Below the pieces are notes generated by a model. It worked only from the letters and a program-made list of their open reading frames with translations. It searched no databases and was not told where the DNA came from. The position numbers were made by a program, and so were the translations under genes. DNA of 63,957 nucleotides, counting the filler, from Octopus bimaculoides (taxonomy: Eukaryota): assembly GCF_001194135.2 (NCBI RefSeq). It is 6 parts of 6 records of this genome, joined end to end, with 100 filler letters (N's around TTAATTAATTAA, not from the genome) between each part and the next. Parts side by side here need not be neighbours in the genome. Positions count along the whole stretch, not along the records: positions 28,082 to 41,349 come from NC_068988.1; positions 41,450 to 57,976 come from NC_068985.1; 4 more parts are not named here. One strand, 5' to 3'. Of this stretch, positions 35,242 through 48,652 are shown one piece after another; positions within the stretch are counted from its first letter, which is position 1; every line of letters starts with the position of its first letter.

Positions 35242-36636
35242 CATGTGTGTATAGCGGAAATTTGAAAGTAAAAGAAAATAAAGCACGTGTTGGGATGTGT
35301 GTGGATATGTGTATACGCGTATTTAAACATACAGATATACCCACGTTTGTGTTTATATGTGAGCGCGCGCCTGTGTGTGTTGGTGGCGAATTGGCTGGCT
35401 CGTTCGAGAGTAGAACCGATTGATTCATGTTATTTGTCTTGGATCTTTGCATTCTGGGTTGAAATTACGCCTTGTTGTATTTCGTTGCTAGCATTAATCG
35501 ATTGTCCATATTAAAAGTGTCACCTGCTCTACTACAAGTATTTGGGTCAGGTTTCCTAGATGACGATACCTTCTTCGTTATTTTCTGTAGTTTCCGAGGT
35601 CCACAAACCCGCCATGGGTACTGCTTTTCTGCTGACTAAAACATAAAAGTGATGTATACACTGGCAATGACAAATATCAGTAAATGTAGTGTAGCATGTA
35701 CGAGTAGCTCGCAAGAACATTGAGAATCCTCAGATACACAGATAAATACACTCGCACACACGCAAGCGCATGCACACACAAGCGCATATATACGCATGCA
35801 AAAATCAGAAGTTAGACAGACAAAAACATGACAGCGCTAGAGTTTAAAAATATATAAGCTATAGATAAGCGATTTAAGAAAGAGACGGACACCAACAGAG
35901 AGGGAGGAAGAGAGAGGGAGAGAAAGAGGAAGAGAGGTAGAGAGAGAGATAGCGTCACTGCCAGAGAACAATACAAAGTATGTTTTGAGATGCTTGGAAT
36001 TAAATTTAGGAATAAAATATAAACAAAATCAACCGACGACGTATAGTGCAGACATTCGCTACTTGAATAAGGATAATCAAATTTAAGATGCGAATGAAAG
36101 CTGGGTCAAGTATAAGTAAAGAACTACAAATATTATAATATGAACGACAGCAAAAAATCCAAATAAAATCTTTTACTTGGTTCAACCATTGCTGGGGCAC
36201 CGCCATTTACCAAATAATGCTTGAAATAATATAATTTCTCTACTTTTTATTTTGTCTCTCTATTTTTTTGATTGCCCGACCTTTCTTTTTTTATAACAAA
36301 TTTCTTTCTCTTTTCCCTTCATTTCATTGTTTTTCTTCTCTTCTATTTCTTCTCAATTAGTTTCTTGTTTTACATTCTTTCTCATTTCATTTTCAATTCT
36401 TCCTATATATATATTTTTCTCCATCTTTTTCATTCTTTATTATCTTCTTTACATTATTCCTTCTATGGTTGTTTTATTCCGTCTTCAATTCTCATTCGAT
36501 CTCACTTTTCTTCCTGTCATTCGTCCGTTCGTTTTTGTTCATTTGGTTGTTTGTTTGTTTCTTCCTTCCTTTCTTTCATATTTTCTTTCCATTTAATTCT
36601 TCGTTCCTTCTGATTTTAATATTGTCTTTCATTTCT

Positions 36637-36855
36637 AAGGTGGCAACCTGGCAGAATTGTTACCAGTTCGGGCAAAATACTTAGCCGCATTTCTTCCGAT
36701 TTTGCGTTCTCAGTTCAAATGCTGTCGGGGTGGATTTTACGTATGAACCTTTCGAGGTTGATAAAACACGTACTAATCGAGCACTGGGGGTCAACGTAAC
36801 CGATATATTCTCCACCAAAATTGCTGGCCTTGTGCCAAAATTTGAAACAAACATC
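36637..36855 (+). mobile_element. SINE family A
   Basis: AAGGTGGCAACCTGGCAGAATTG..TCAGTTCAAATG..GGCCTTGTGCCAAAATTTGAAAC. Confidence 0.85.
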
Positions 36856-37229
36856 ATTTTCATTTATTCATTCTTTGGATAGGCGACGAGTTATCTAAAT
36901 CGCTAGAAGTGTGACTAAAGGATTTTGACAAACCAACGTCCGGTGGAATATTTAACTAATACATTAAACAAACGATCCATTAGTTGGTAAGATAGTTAAC
37001 AAATTGCCTAAAAATAAAGAAGTGGCATTGAACCAGTGCGTGTACTTATTATTATAGATGTAATGACCCTCCTAAAACAAGTCTGGTTCGGCACACGAAT
37101 TNNNNNNNNNNNNNNNNNNNNNNNNNNNNNNNNNNNNNNNNNNNNNNNNNNNNNNNNNNNNNNNNNNNNNNNNNNNNNNNNNNNNNNNNNNNNNNNNNNN
37201 NNNNNNNNNNNNNNNNNNNNNNNNNNNNN

Positions 37230-37275
<46 letters not shown>

Positions 37276-37278
<3 letters not shown>

Positions 37279-37520
37279 GGTGTCCCAAAAGTCACTGATG
37301 GATTTAAATTTCTAACACCTTCCTTAACGTTACAAATAAATGCATGAAATGTTGATACAATATAAAAGTAGATCTCACACATGGTTCCAGCCATTCCAAG
37401 TCGGCCTCACACATAGTTTCAGCAAGATGGGGCAAAATTTCATACCGCATGAGAAACAATGCATTTGCTACGGCAGTGAATTGGAGTGAGAATAATCTCC
37501 CGCTACGACAATGTCAACTA
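37276..37520 (+). mobile_element. Tc1/mariner-superfamily internally deleted fragment
   Basis: TIR-like CAAGGTGTCCCAAAAGTC; FQQDGAKFHTA*ETMHLLRQ*IGVRIISRYDNVN (FQQDGAxxH motif). Confidence 0.75.
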
Positions 37521-39063
37521 ACAGTATTATTGATGATCAGGATAGCGTCAGGATGATCAGGAAACCCCATTGAATTCTTTAACTCACTACAGCCAGCAGG
37601 TACAGCTCCTCATTATCTTCACTTTAAAAAGGGGATTCCTATTATGCTATTACATTTTTTGTCGCAATCAAAATTATGTAACGGTAAAATATTAATTGTG
37701 CACAAACTTCATTAGTACAAACATTTTCACTCTATGTAGTAAAGGCTTATGTACTCCGAAATAAAACAAAAGTATTGTTCATAAAGAAATATTCATTCTT
37801 AATGCAACATGAATGCTTCAATAACTTCATTCACCAGTACTATCATTACATTCAAGAATGAGCAAATATCCTATTTCAATGAACTGTATTATACAACTGT
37901 CATTACTGTATTGATAATTAAAATAGCACATACACTTCACTTAATATTATCATGTAATAAACAAACAGAAGTTCATGTATAAAAATGATCTTTTATCTAG
38001 TTCAATTATTATATGCTTCTCTCTTATAAAAATATTGTATCATTGCCATTACTGTATAGACAAATAAAATAACACATACAACTCACTTATTATTGTCATA
38101 TCATAAACAAACACAAGTTCATGAATGATACTGACGTTTCTTCTTCAATTATTGCATGGCCTTCTTTTCTAAAAATACAGATATACAGGAGGAGCAAATT
38201 ATACATATAATGATACATTTAATGTGGCTCCCGATAAACAGTAAAAGTAATTACCCGATCAACGACAGGTGTTACTTCTAGTAACACACACACACACACA
38301 CACACAAAAACACACACACACACACACACNNNNNNNNNNNNNNNNNNNNNNNNNNNNNNNNNNNNNNNNNNNNNNNNNNNNNNNNNNNNNNNNNNNNNNN
38401 NNNNNNNNNNNNNNNNNNNNNNNNNNNNNNNNNNNNNNNNNNNNNNNNNNNNNNNNNNNNNNNNNNNNNNNNNNNNNNNNNNNNNNNNNNNNNNNNNNNN
38501 NNNNNNNNNNNNNNNNNNNNNNNNNNNNNNNNNNNNNNNNNNNNNNNNNNNNNNNNNNNNNNNNNNNNNNNNNNNNNNNNNNNNNNNNNNNNNNNNNNNN
38601 NNNNNNNNNNNNNNNNNNNNNNNNNNNNNNNNNNNNNNNNNNNNNNNNNNNNNNNNNNNNNNNNNNNNNNNNNNNNNNNNNNNNNNNNNNNNNNNNNNNN
38701 NNNNNNNNNNNNNNNNNNNNNNNNNNNNNNNNNNNNNNNNNNNNNNNNNNNNNNNNNNNNNNNNNNNNNNNNNNNNNNNNNNNNNNNNNNNNNNNNNNNN
38801 NNNNNNNNNNNNNNNNNNNNNNNNNNNNNNNNNNNNNNNNNNNNNNNNNNNNNNNNNNNNNNNNNNNNNNNNNNNNNNNNNNNNNNNNNNNNNNNNNNNN
38901 NNNNNNNNNNNNNNNNNNNNNNNNNNNNNNNNNNNNNNNNNNNNNNNNNNNNNNNNNNNNNNNNNNNNNNNNNNNNNNNNNNNNNNNNNNNNNNNNNNNN
39001 NNNNNNNNNNNNNNNNNNNNNNNNNNNNNNNNNNNNNNNNNNNNNNNNNNNNNNNNNNNNNNN

Positions 39064-39106
<43 letters not shown>

Positions 39107-39729
39107 TATGTCAAATGACAGTCGGTGAAAATATTCAGCATTGGTTCGTCACTGGAAATCGCTTGAACGAAACCGAACATCTTTATCACACAACTGTATC
39201 TGCCACTATAACCACACACACACACTCCACCACAACCCTACGCCACATATCCTACGCGCGCGCACGCACAAGCGTAAATTTTTGGGAAGAAGTGTTATAA
39301 ACAAAAAGTTTTATTAAAAATGCGTTACACACATGTTTCAAAGTATATTTTATAATTATTAGCGAGAGTTCGTATGCTATAAAAATATTCCTAACTATTT
39401 ATATAATCCATTAAGCGTTGCAGGTGTTTTTAAATATCAAATGACAGGTATACACTTAATAGAAAAGAATTAAAATATAACAATTAGAGAAGGTATGTAA
39501 GGAAATTATTATTGTATAATAATCAGAAAACGGAGCGAATTTAAAATGTGGTTTCATAATAATAAACATTGAAACTGATGTACATCGTAACGCTCAATTC
39601 AAATTTTACGAGATTATTGTGTTTATTGTATGTATATTAAAAGTTTTGCAAACAAACATGCACGCATATACGCGCGTCTACTCATATATGGTTGCACACA
39701 ATATATCCTTATATACGCATGTACGTTTT

Positions 39730-39769
<40 letters not shown>

Positions 39770-40697
39770 AATCCATATATATATATACATACATATGAGT
39801 GTGTGTGTGTGTGTGTGTATGTAAGTATGTGTGCATGTATGCAAAAACGTTTACTGAGAGAGAGAGAGAGAGACAAAGAAAGATAGATAAATAAAAGCAT
39901 GGATAGAGATATTAATGATAAAATCTGTATCGAATGCGTATACGTGCACACAGACAGGCGTAATTATATTCTTTGTATTCTGCAATATATACACACCTGT
40001 ATCATTTCCACCAACACCCCCCACCCCACACAAACGTTTTTAGCATCACCTGTTCGAATATTCATACAACAGTGTTTTGTATATACATGTCGATATAAAT
40101 ATCCAGGTTACCAACACAAGCTGATCTTATAATGGTGATATTCGACATATTTTAGTGGATATTTAATTTGTATCGCTCCACACTTTATCCCTTATAATTT
40201 TCATACGTACCCGAAGAATGTAACGCCAAAAATCTCCTGTCATTTATCGTTCCCTGGTTTATTATAAATTTCATATAAAGAAAGGTGGAAAACTATGGGT
40301 AATACTACTTTGGTATTAATTCATTTTATTTTCTAACTTATAATCCTAACCCTGATACTAGCTTATAAAGGTGCAGAGAATTTTGGTATTGGAATGTGAT
40401 ATATGTTAATTATCTTATACAAGTTATAAAATGTGGTATAGTTTGCATGTAATGAGTTTGTAGCAAAATTATTAGATGTCTGAAATATTATTGTTCTAGC
40501 AGAGCAATGTAAAGATTCGAAAAACGTATAAAATAATCCATTGTCTGCGTCTGAATTAATTTAAATGAAATATTTGGACAATATATCCCTACTGCACCGA
40601 TTTTATGATTGTATGATTATTTTTCCTTAACACCATTTCCATCCGCATAGATATTCTCTTCTCTCCTCCACACATGTACATGCGCAATCACACGTAC

Positions 40698-40728
<31 letters not shown>

Positions 40729-40779
40729 TATATATATATGCATATATATGTATGTATATATATATTTATGTATATAAAC

Positions 40780-40818
<39 letters not shown>

Positions 40819-41464
40819 CGTGTGTGTGTATTTGTGTGTGTGGATGTGGATGTGGATGTATGTATATGTATACATATATTCATCACACATGCATACTCGT
40901 GTGTCAGATTGTAAGTAGAAATACGCAAACAAAGATGCTTGCCTCTTTGCGTGTGCTATTGTGTTTTGGGATGTGTGTGTGTGTTAGTGTATGTGAGAGC
41001 GTGTGTGTATGTGTGCGAGTGCGCGTGCGCTGTACAAAAGAGAGACAGGAGATATTTAAGAGATAATTCTATGATGGATAAGCGGAAGAATTGGATAGAA
41101 ACCCAGATAGATATTGTTCCCGCAATTATAATCAAATTAATAAGCAAGCGCAATAGAGTTATGATTTATATTGAAATCTACTCCAGATTGGATCGTTAAA
41201 CATTTTTAGCTGACCTCCAAGGATTTGAGATTTAGTTTAATCAGGCGGTGAGTAATAAATATCTTTTACTGCAGTAATGAAAAGTTGCGGATATTTATTT
41301 TTGTTGAGACAATTAAGCAAGAATTGAATGCTACCACGTAACTATATATNNNNNNNNNNNNNNNNNNNNNNNNNNNNNNNNNNNNNNNNNNNNTTAATTA
41401 ATTAANNNNNNNNNNNNNNNNNNNNNNNNNNNNNNNNNNNNNNNNNNNNATATATATATATATA

Positions 41465-42240
41465 TCAGGACAGGGCTGAGGTCATGCTGGTGCACCACCT
41501 GTAGTTACTCGGTGTTGTTTCCGATATTGTTTTTGGTGGAGTAGCAAGTTGGATGGAGCTGCGCTTCTTTGCGTCTCCTGTCGCGATGTGGGTTCATCTG
41601 GTATCTCAGATAGAAACCTGCCCAGACGTTCCTTGAAAACTTCCACATCAACACCATGTAGATCACTAAGTTTGCCCGGAAGGATTTTGAACGATTGCGG
41701 GCCCTTGAAACTCAGACTATTGCAGTACTGTGTCCTTATTTTAGAAGGTGGGAGCGGGATCTTTGGTATAATGCAGTACCGTCCAGTTCGAGGATTGGTA
41801 TAGCTGTCAATTCCAAAATTGGGAACAAAAACCTCCAAGATCTACAAAATATATATCACCGCATATCTCTCTCGTCTTCTCTCTGGAGAATAGAGACTCA
41901 GCTCCTTTAGCCTCTACCAGAAACCCATCTTTTGCATCGAGTTAATCCTCTTTGTGTAATGGCGGTGGATTGCTTCGAGTTTCACAGTTTGTTTCATAAT
42001 CTCTGAAGACCATAGTTGGGAGCAGTAGTCCAAGCGGCTGAGACAGAAAGTCCTCTCTAGGAGTAGCAAGGTCTCCCTCTTCCTGGTTCTAAATGTCCTC
42101 AGAATCCATCCAGCCACTCGCCTGCACAGTGTTGCCATCTTGGTAATATGCCCATAGAATGTTGCATCATTGCTCATGTGAACCCCCAGGTCACATACAG
42201 ACTCTGTCTCTGGGATCGTATTATCTTCTCGTCCAGTTTA
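41465..42240 (-). mobile_element. CR1-clade-like LINE, 5'-truncated 3' end of ORF2
   Basis: DLGVHMSNDATFYGHITKM..GWILRTFRTR..SRLDYCSQLWS..KLEAIHRHYTKRI..LYSPERRRE..VPNFGI..SLSFKGPQSFKILP..FKERLGRFLSEIPDEP; tail GGTGGTGCACCAGCATGACC; inserted in (TA)n. Confidence 0.88.
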
Positions 42241-43015
42241 TTCTGATTTTAGCATACACACACACACACATACATACGTATGAATATATATATATATATA
42301 TATATANNNNNNNNNNNNNNNNNNNNNNNNNNNNNNNNNNNNNNNNNNNNNNNNNNNNNNNNNNNNNNNNNNNNNNNNNNNNNNNNNNNNNNNNNNNNNN
42401 NNNNNNNNNNNNNNNNNNNNNNNNNNNNNNNNNNNNNNNNNNNNNNNNNNNNNNNNNNNNNNNNNNNNNNNNNNNNNNNNNNNNNNNNNNNNNNNNNNNN
42501 NNNNNNNNNNNNNNNNNNNNNNNNNNNNNNNNNNNNNNNNNNNNNNNNNNNNNNNNNNNNNNNNNNNNNNNNNNNNNNNNNNNNNNNNNNNNNNNNNNNN
42601 NNNNNNNNNNNNNNNNNNNNNNNNNNNNNNNNNNNNNNNNNNNNNNNNNNNNNNNNNNNNNNNNNNNNNNNNNNNNNNNNNNNNNNNNNNNNNNNNNNNN
42701 NNNNNNNNNNNNNNNNNNNNNNNNNNNNNNNNNNNNNNNNNNNNNNNNNNNNNNNNNNNNNNNNNNNNNNNNNNNNNNNNNNNNNNNNNNNNNNNNNNNN
42801 NNNNNNNNNNNNNNNNNNNNNNNNNNNNNNNNNNNNNNNNNNNNNNNNNNNNNNNNNNNNNNNNNNNNNNNNNNNNNNNNNNNNNNNNNNNNNNNNNNNN
42901 NNNNNNNNNNNNNNNNNNNNNNNNNNNNNNNNNNNNNNNNNNNNNNNNNNNNNNNNNNNNNNNNNNNNNNNNNNNNNNNNNNNNNNNNNNNNNNNNNNNN
43001 NNNNNNNNNNNNNNG

Positions 43016-43406
43016 CCTTGTGCCTAGACTAGAAAAGATTATTAAGAAGGCGGCGAGCTGGCAGAAACATTTGCACGCAGGGCGAAAGGCTTAGCGGTAT
43101 TTCGCCTGTTTATACGTTCTGAGTTCAAATTCCACCGACGTCGACTTTGCCTTTTATCCTTTCGGGGCCGATAAATTAATTACCAGTTGCGTACTAGTGT
43201 CGATCTAATCAACTGGCCCCTTCCGAAAAAATTTTGGGCATTTCTTCCGTATTTACGTTTTGAGTTCAAATTCCACCGAGTTCGATTTTTGCTTTTCATC
43301 CTTTCAGCCTCGATAAAATAGGTACCAGGTGAGCACTGGAGCTAATGTAATCGACTTACCACCTCTCCTGAAATTGCTGGCCTTATGCCAACATTTGAAA
43401 CCAATT
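43016..43406 (+). mobile_element. Chain of three SINE family A pieces
   Basis: Tail 43016-43043; 3'-truncated copy 43048-43238; 5'-truncated copy 43239-43406. Confidence 0.85.
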
Positions 43407-43736
43407 TAACATTGGTTTAAATGGCCTTTATGTTTCGGCTACATAAGCCAATATTTTATAGCCGTCTGGGAAATATGGAGATACCATTCTTCCTATTTGC
43501 TTACTCTATGAAAGCAGTGTGATGCATCTGTTATCGGCGGAGAGATATACTAACATCCTAAGGAACTGATATTATTTAACCATAGTCTGGTGAATTCGAC
43601 AGGAACGGAACAATTATAAGAACGGAACAGTTGTAAAAATCATCAATCAATTATGTTGTTGTCCTCTCCCATCCTAGCGTAATCGGTAGCAACAATTTTA
43701 CATCTCTCTCTCTCTATCTATCTATGTGTCTGTCTG

Positions 43737-43780
<44 letters not shown>

Positions 43781-45298
43781 ATATTTTTGTAAACAAAATT
43801 CCAGTATATATGTTTGCGTATTTACTTGACGAGTATAGTTACATCTTTAAGTAATTTTATTACCTCTAATATTTTATTGCAAGTAATTCATAATATCTCT
43901 ACCACTGAAGGACTATTCTCAAATGCATCTCTTTAGGCTTAATCTGTATATCCAATTGTAGAGGACGTGATATTTCATTTTTATGCATTTTTCCATGTTA
44001 TTTGAAGAGGCAAAGTTGGCGTTAGTTTTGTAGTAGAAAAAAATATCAGTAGTAAAATCTCATATCGCTTATAATTCCATACAGGAAAAGTTTACTTTCT
44101 CCAGTGTTTATTCAAGTGGTAATTCATTCCAAGAAAATAATAAAAAGAATTCTTTTAAAAAATGAAAAGTAAGAAAGCTTTTTCGTTGTTTAAAGTAGTG
44201 TGTAATCTAATGTAAACATTCCACTTATTCCTGATAAACAGNNNNNNNNNNNNNNNNNNNNNNNNNNNNNNNNNNNNNNNNNNNNNNNNNNNNNNNNNNN
44301 NNNNNNNNNNNNNNNNNNNNNNNNNNNNNNNNNNNNNNNNNNNNNNNNNNNNNNNNNNNNNNNNNNNNNNNNNNNNNNNNNNNNNNNNNNNNNNNNNNNN
44401 NNNNNNNNNNNNNNNNNNNNNNNNNNNNNNNNNNNNNNNNNNNNNNNNNNNNNNNNNNNNNNNNNNNNNNNNNNNNNNNNNNNNNNNNNNNNNNNNNNNN
44501 NNNNNNNNNNNNNNNNNNNNNNNNNNNNNNNNNNNNNNNNNNNNNNNNNNNNNNNNNNNNNNNNNNNNNNNNNNNNNNNNNNNNNNNNNNNNNNNNNNNN
44601 NNNNNNNNNNNNNNNNNNNNNNNNNNNNNNNNNNNNNNNNNNNNNNNNNNNNNNNNNNNNNNNNNNNNNNNNNNNNNNNNNNNNNNNNNNNNNNNNNNNN
44701 NNNNNNNNNNNNNNNNNNNNNNNNNNNNNNNNNNNNNNNNNNNNNNNNNNNNNNNNNNNNNNNNNNNNNNNNNNNNNNNNNNNNNNNNNNNNNNNNNNNN
44801 NNNNNNNNNNNNNNNNNNNNNNNNNNNNNNNNNNNNNNNACACACACACACACACACGCACATATGAATATAGATAAATATAGTTCATTCATCGAAAATT
44901 CATTTGTCCGAAGCACAATGGGCGAAAGCATATCCGTGGAAAAGTATTCGTACAACAACCTATTCACGAAACGAAAGGGAAGAAATACAACAAAGGAACA
45001 CACTATAACTTAATACCGATCTTGTGCTGAAGCATTTTATGGTAATTCTAAAACTTTATGCATAGATTACTTTTAAAATTAAATTCATTTTATCTTTTGC
45101 GTGTGTATTTATATGTATGTGGGTATTTTTTTATGTATCTGTGTTCGTTAGCAAGGGCATCCAATACGGAAGAAACATTATATTTCTAAGTGATAAACTA
45201 TAGTTTTTCTATAAAATTCAAAGACAGCACTTTAAATTGAGACGTTTCGTATACGAATACGCCTTTGTAAACAATGCGATCGCATTGTTTTTATAGAC

Positions 45299-45468
45299 CA
45301 GTGATTCTCAACCATGGGCCACTTTGATTTCTATCTTACTTTACTGGACTTCCATAGCCATTGACTCTAAGTAAAAAAAATTTACTACATTTACATAATT
45401 AAATATTATTAGGATTTGTATAAAAGAATAAAAATATTTTGTTTATTACAGATGTATAACCAATTTAT
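45299..45468. mobile_element. hAT MITE fragment related to the 10000/11671 family
   Basis: CAGTGATTCTCAACCATGGGCCA.. then reverse-oriented interior (TATTATTAGGATTT..AAAATATTTTG..TATAACCAATTTAT). Confidence 0.6.
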
Positions 45469-45630
45469 AGACACAGGAGTGGCTGTGGGGAAAGAAGCTT
45501 GCTTCCCAATCACATGTTTTCGGGTTCAGTCCCACTGCGTGATACTTCGGTATCTCCTGGTATAGCCACGGGCTGACCAAAGCGTTGTGAATTGATTTGG
45601 TAGACGGAAGCTGAAAGAAGCCGTAGTGTA
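45469..45630 (+). mobile_element. SINE family B 5' half, running into (TA)n and a gap
   Basis: CAGGAGTGGCTGTGG..GGTTCAGTCCCACTGCGTG..GATTTGGTAGACGGAA. Confidence 0.88.
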
Positions 45631-46946
45631 TATATATATATATATATATNNNNNNNNNNNNNNNNNNNNNNNNNNNNNNNNNNNNNNNNNNNNNNNNNNN
45701 NNNNNNNNNNNNNNNNNNNNNNNNNNNNNNNNNNNNNNNNNNNNNNNNNNNNNNNNNNNNNNNNNNNNNNNNNNNNNNNNNNNNNNNNNNNNNNNNNNNN
45801 NNNNNNNNNNNNNNNNNNNNNNNNNNNNNNNNNNNNNNNNNNNNNNNNNNNNNNNNNNNNNNNNNNNNNNNNNNNNNNNNNNNNNNNNNNNNNNNNNNNN
45901 NNNNNNNNNNNNNNNNNNNNNNNNNNNNNNNNNNNGGAATTCTGTCTGTGGGTGTGTTTGTGGCGCTGTTAGATAACTCAACCTACATCGTTTTATCTAT
46001 TTTGATGAAACGTGACACGTGAGTAGAGATCATGTCTGGAAGCCTTATGGCATACACAGATTGTTGAAAAAAAATCGATAATAGGGCCCCTGTAAGTGAT
46101 CCTTATATATATCTAATATATTTCATTTTAACAGCTAAAGGAAATGATCCATTCACCGAAATTTTAACAGCCAAGGGAAATAGCCCATTAGCCCAAATTT
46201 TAACAGCCGGGGAAAATAACCCATTCATTTACCTAAATTATTTGGTAAAAATGAAATTGAGTATGCCTATTTCTTAGTATTTGAACTGTTAGAGCTATTT
46301 TCGCAATTTATCCAGTACAAGTCTTAAACAAGTAAACAGTATTTTCCTAAACTATAGATCCACTTATTTCGGTTAGTGACTTATTCACGAATATGCCAAC
46401 ACTAGCGCCGCTGAGGGAAATATTTTCTGTGAACGCACAAAAGACTTTTTCAGAGTTATTTTGAATTGTTATTATCTCATATCTGATTAGCCTGTTATTA
46501 CGTAACATGCTTCACGATTTTATAGAAATACCTAATTAGTATTTCCTCCTAAGTTCTATATTCTCTAGGAACGCATTAAAGACCCTTCGGGGTTACTTTA
46601 TTTGAATTCTTACTACTGGGCAACTAATTTCATGTTATTACATAACTGACTTCACTATTTGGGTATTCATAACTTATTGGGAATTCCTAAAAACAAGATC
46701 CTGTGTAAGACAGTTCGGTATTCTCTGTAAATGGACAACAACCGTTTTAAGGGTTACATACTTTGTATTATTGTTATTGGATTGGCGAAACAATTATGAG
46801 AACGGAACCAAGGGATAAGCCCCACTTTCCCGGGAATTACCGGGTACGTCATCTAGTATATATGTATATNNNNNNNNNNNNNNNNNNNNNNNNNNNNNNN
46901 NNNNNNNNNNNNNNNNNNNNNNNNNNNNNNNNNNNNNNNNNNNNNN

Positions 46947-46997
<51 letters not shown>

Positions 46998-47004
<7 letters not shown>

Positions 47005-47215
47005 GTGTCTGTATTTGTCTCCCACCGCATCGCTTGAGAACCGATGTTGGTGTGTTTACGTCCCGGTAACTTGGTGGTTCGGCAAAAGAGAGTCATAGAA
47101 TAAGCACTAAGCTTACAAAGAATAAGTCCCGGGCTCGATTTGTTCGACTGGAGGCAGTGCTCTAGCATGGCCGCTGTCAAAAATGACTGAAGCAAGTAAA
47201 AGAAAAAGAATAAAA
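46998..47215 (+). mobile_element. SINE family B 3' half
   Basis: TTTGTCTCCCACCGCATCGCTTGAGAACC..GGTTCGGCAAAAGAG..GCAGTGCTCTAGCATGGCC..AAGTAAAAGA. Confidence 0.88.
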
Positions 47216-48202
47216 AATAGATCTCCGCAGCCCCCAAGGACAATATGAACCCTGGTTGAGAACCCCCGACGCTGCAACTTGCAGCGCTGGCTTTGAACTC
47301 TATTTTATCATTTGAAATGAGAATATCAGAGTGAGAACTGAAAAATGTAAGGCACTATATTGACTTGTTAAGCCTTATTATATTATCTTGTATATCATAG
47401 TTGCAGAACGAAATGCTGTGTCCGAGTAATTAAGATAAACATTTTATTGTCTTCAAATCTGTTCAGGTAAAAAGAAAACCCACAGTAAATACTATCCAGA
47501 GATGCCAGCAATCACAAAGTATGAGTGAAAACAGACAATTAAATCGACCAACTGGTATATCTAATTGTCTGATACATTTTTATCAGAACAGGAGACAAGC
47601 AAAGTTTAACAAGGCTCTAGTACCAAAAACTATTTTATTCTATGTTTTAACATGCTTTGTAGTATATTATTGTTGCTGAACGAAATGCTATGCCCGAATA
47701 ATAAATATAAACGTTTTATTATCTTCAAATCTGTTCATGCAAAATGAAAACCCACAGTAAATAATATCCAGAGCTGCAAGCAATCACATTCTGTGCTCTA
47801 CAATTCCATAGTGAAACCAGTTGTTCTGGTCTTTGGCAGGAGACCAGCATAGTTCAGTCGACATCAGTATTTAATTGTTATTTAAATAGTGGGCATCGAT
47901 TAATTGTTTATTATCTTTCTGGAGAATAATAATGATTTTGTGACTTGAAAGTGTGTTTTATGGCTATCGCAAATAATGATCTGAACTGGACGACAAATCG
48001 GCTGAATTATAAATTATGTATTTATTCTGATTTATTACACTAAAAATTTTACATAACCAAATTTTAAAACATTATTACAGTTTATTCAAATATCAATGAA
48101 TGTTTGAATTTTATCTGTTTTTATATTTAAACCATTTTCCGATAAATATATTTTACCCCAGTGTCACTTTGATGGCGTGCACTGCTCTATCACTCAATAA
48201 TG

Positions 48203-48262
<60 letters not shown>

Positions 48263-48585
48263 NNNNNNNNNNNNNNNNNNNNNNNNNNNNNNNNNNNNNN
48301 NNNNNNNNNNNNNNNNNNNNNNNNNNNNNNNNNNNNNNNNNNNNNNNNNNNNNNNNNNNNNNNNNNNNNNNNNNNNNNNNNNNNNNNNNNNNNNNNNNNN
48401 NNNNNNNNNNNNNNNNNNNNNNNNNNNNNNNNNNNNNNNNNNNNNNNNNNNNNNNNNNNNNNNNNNNNNNNNNNNNNNNNNNNNNNNNNNNNNNNNNNNN
48501 NNNNNNNNNNNNNNNNNNNNNNNNNNNNNNNNNNNNNNNNNNNNNNNNNNNNNNNNNNNNNNNNTATAAATATATATATATATAA

Positions 48586-48652
48586 ATGGCGGTGCCCCAG
48601 CATGGGCATGGCTCATGAGCTGAAACTAGATAAAATGAAAATGAAAAATGAA
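48586..48652 (+). mobile_element. Isolated SINE/LINE 3' tail
   Basis: GGCGGTGCCCCAGCATGGGCATGGCTCATGAGCTGAAACTAGATAAAATGAAAATG. Confidence 0.75.
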
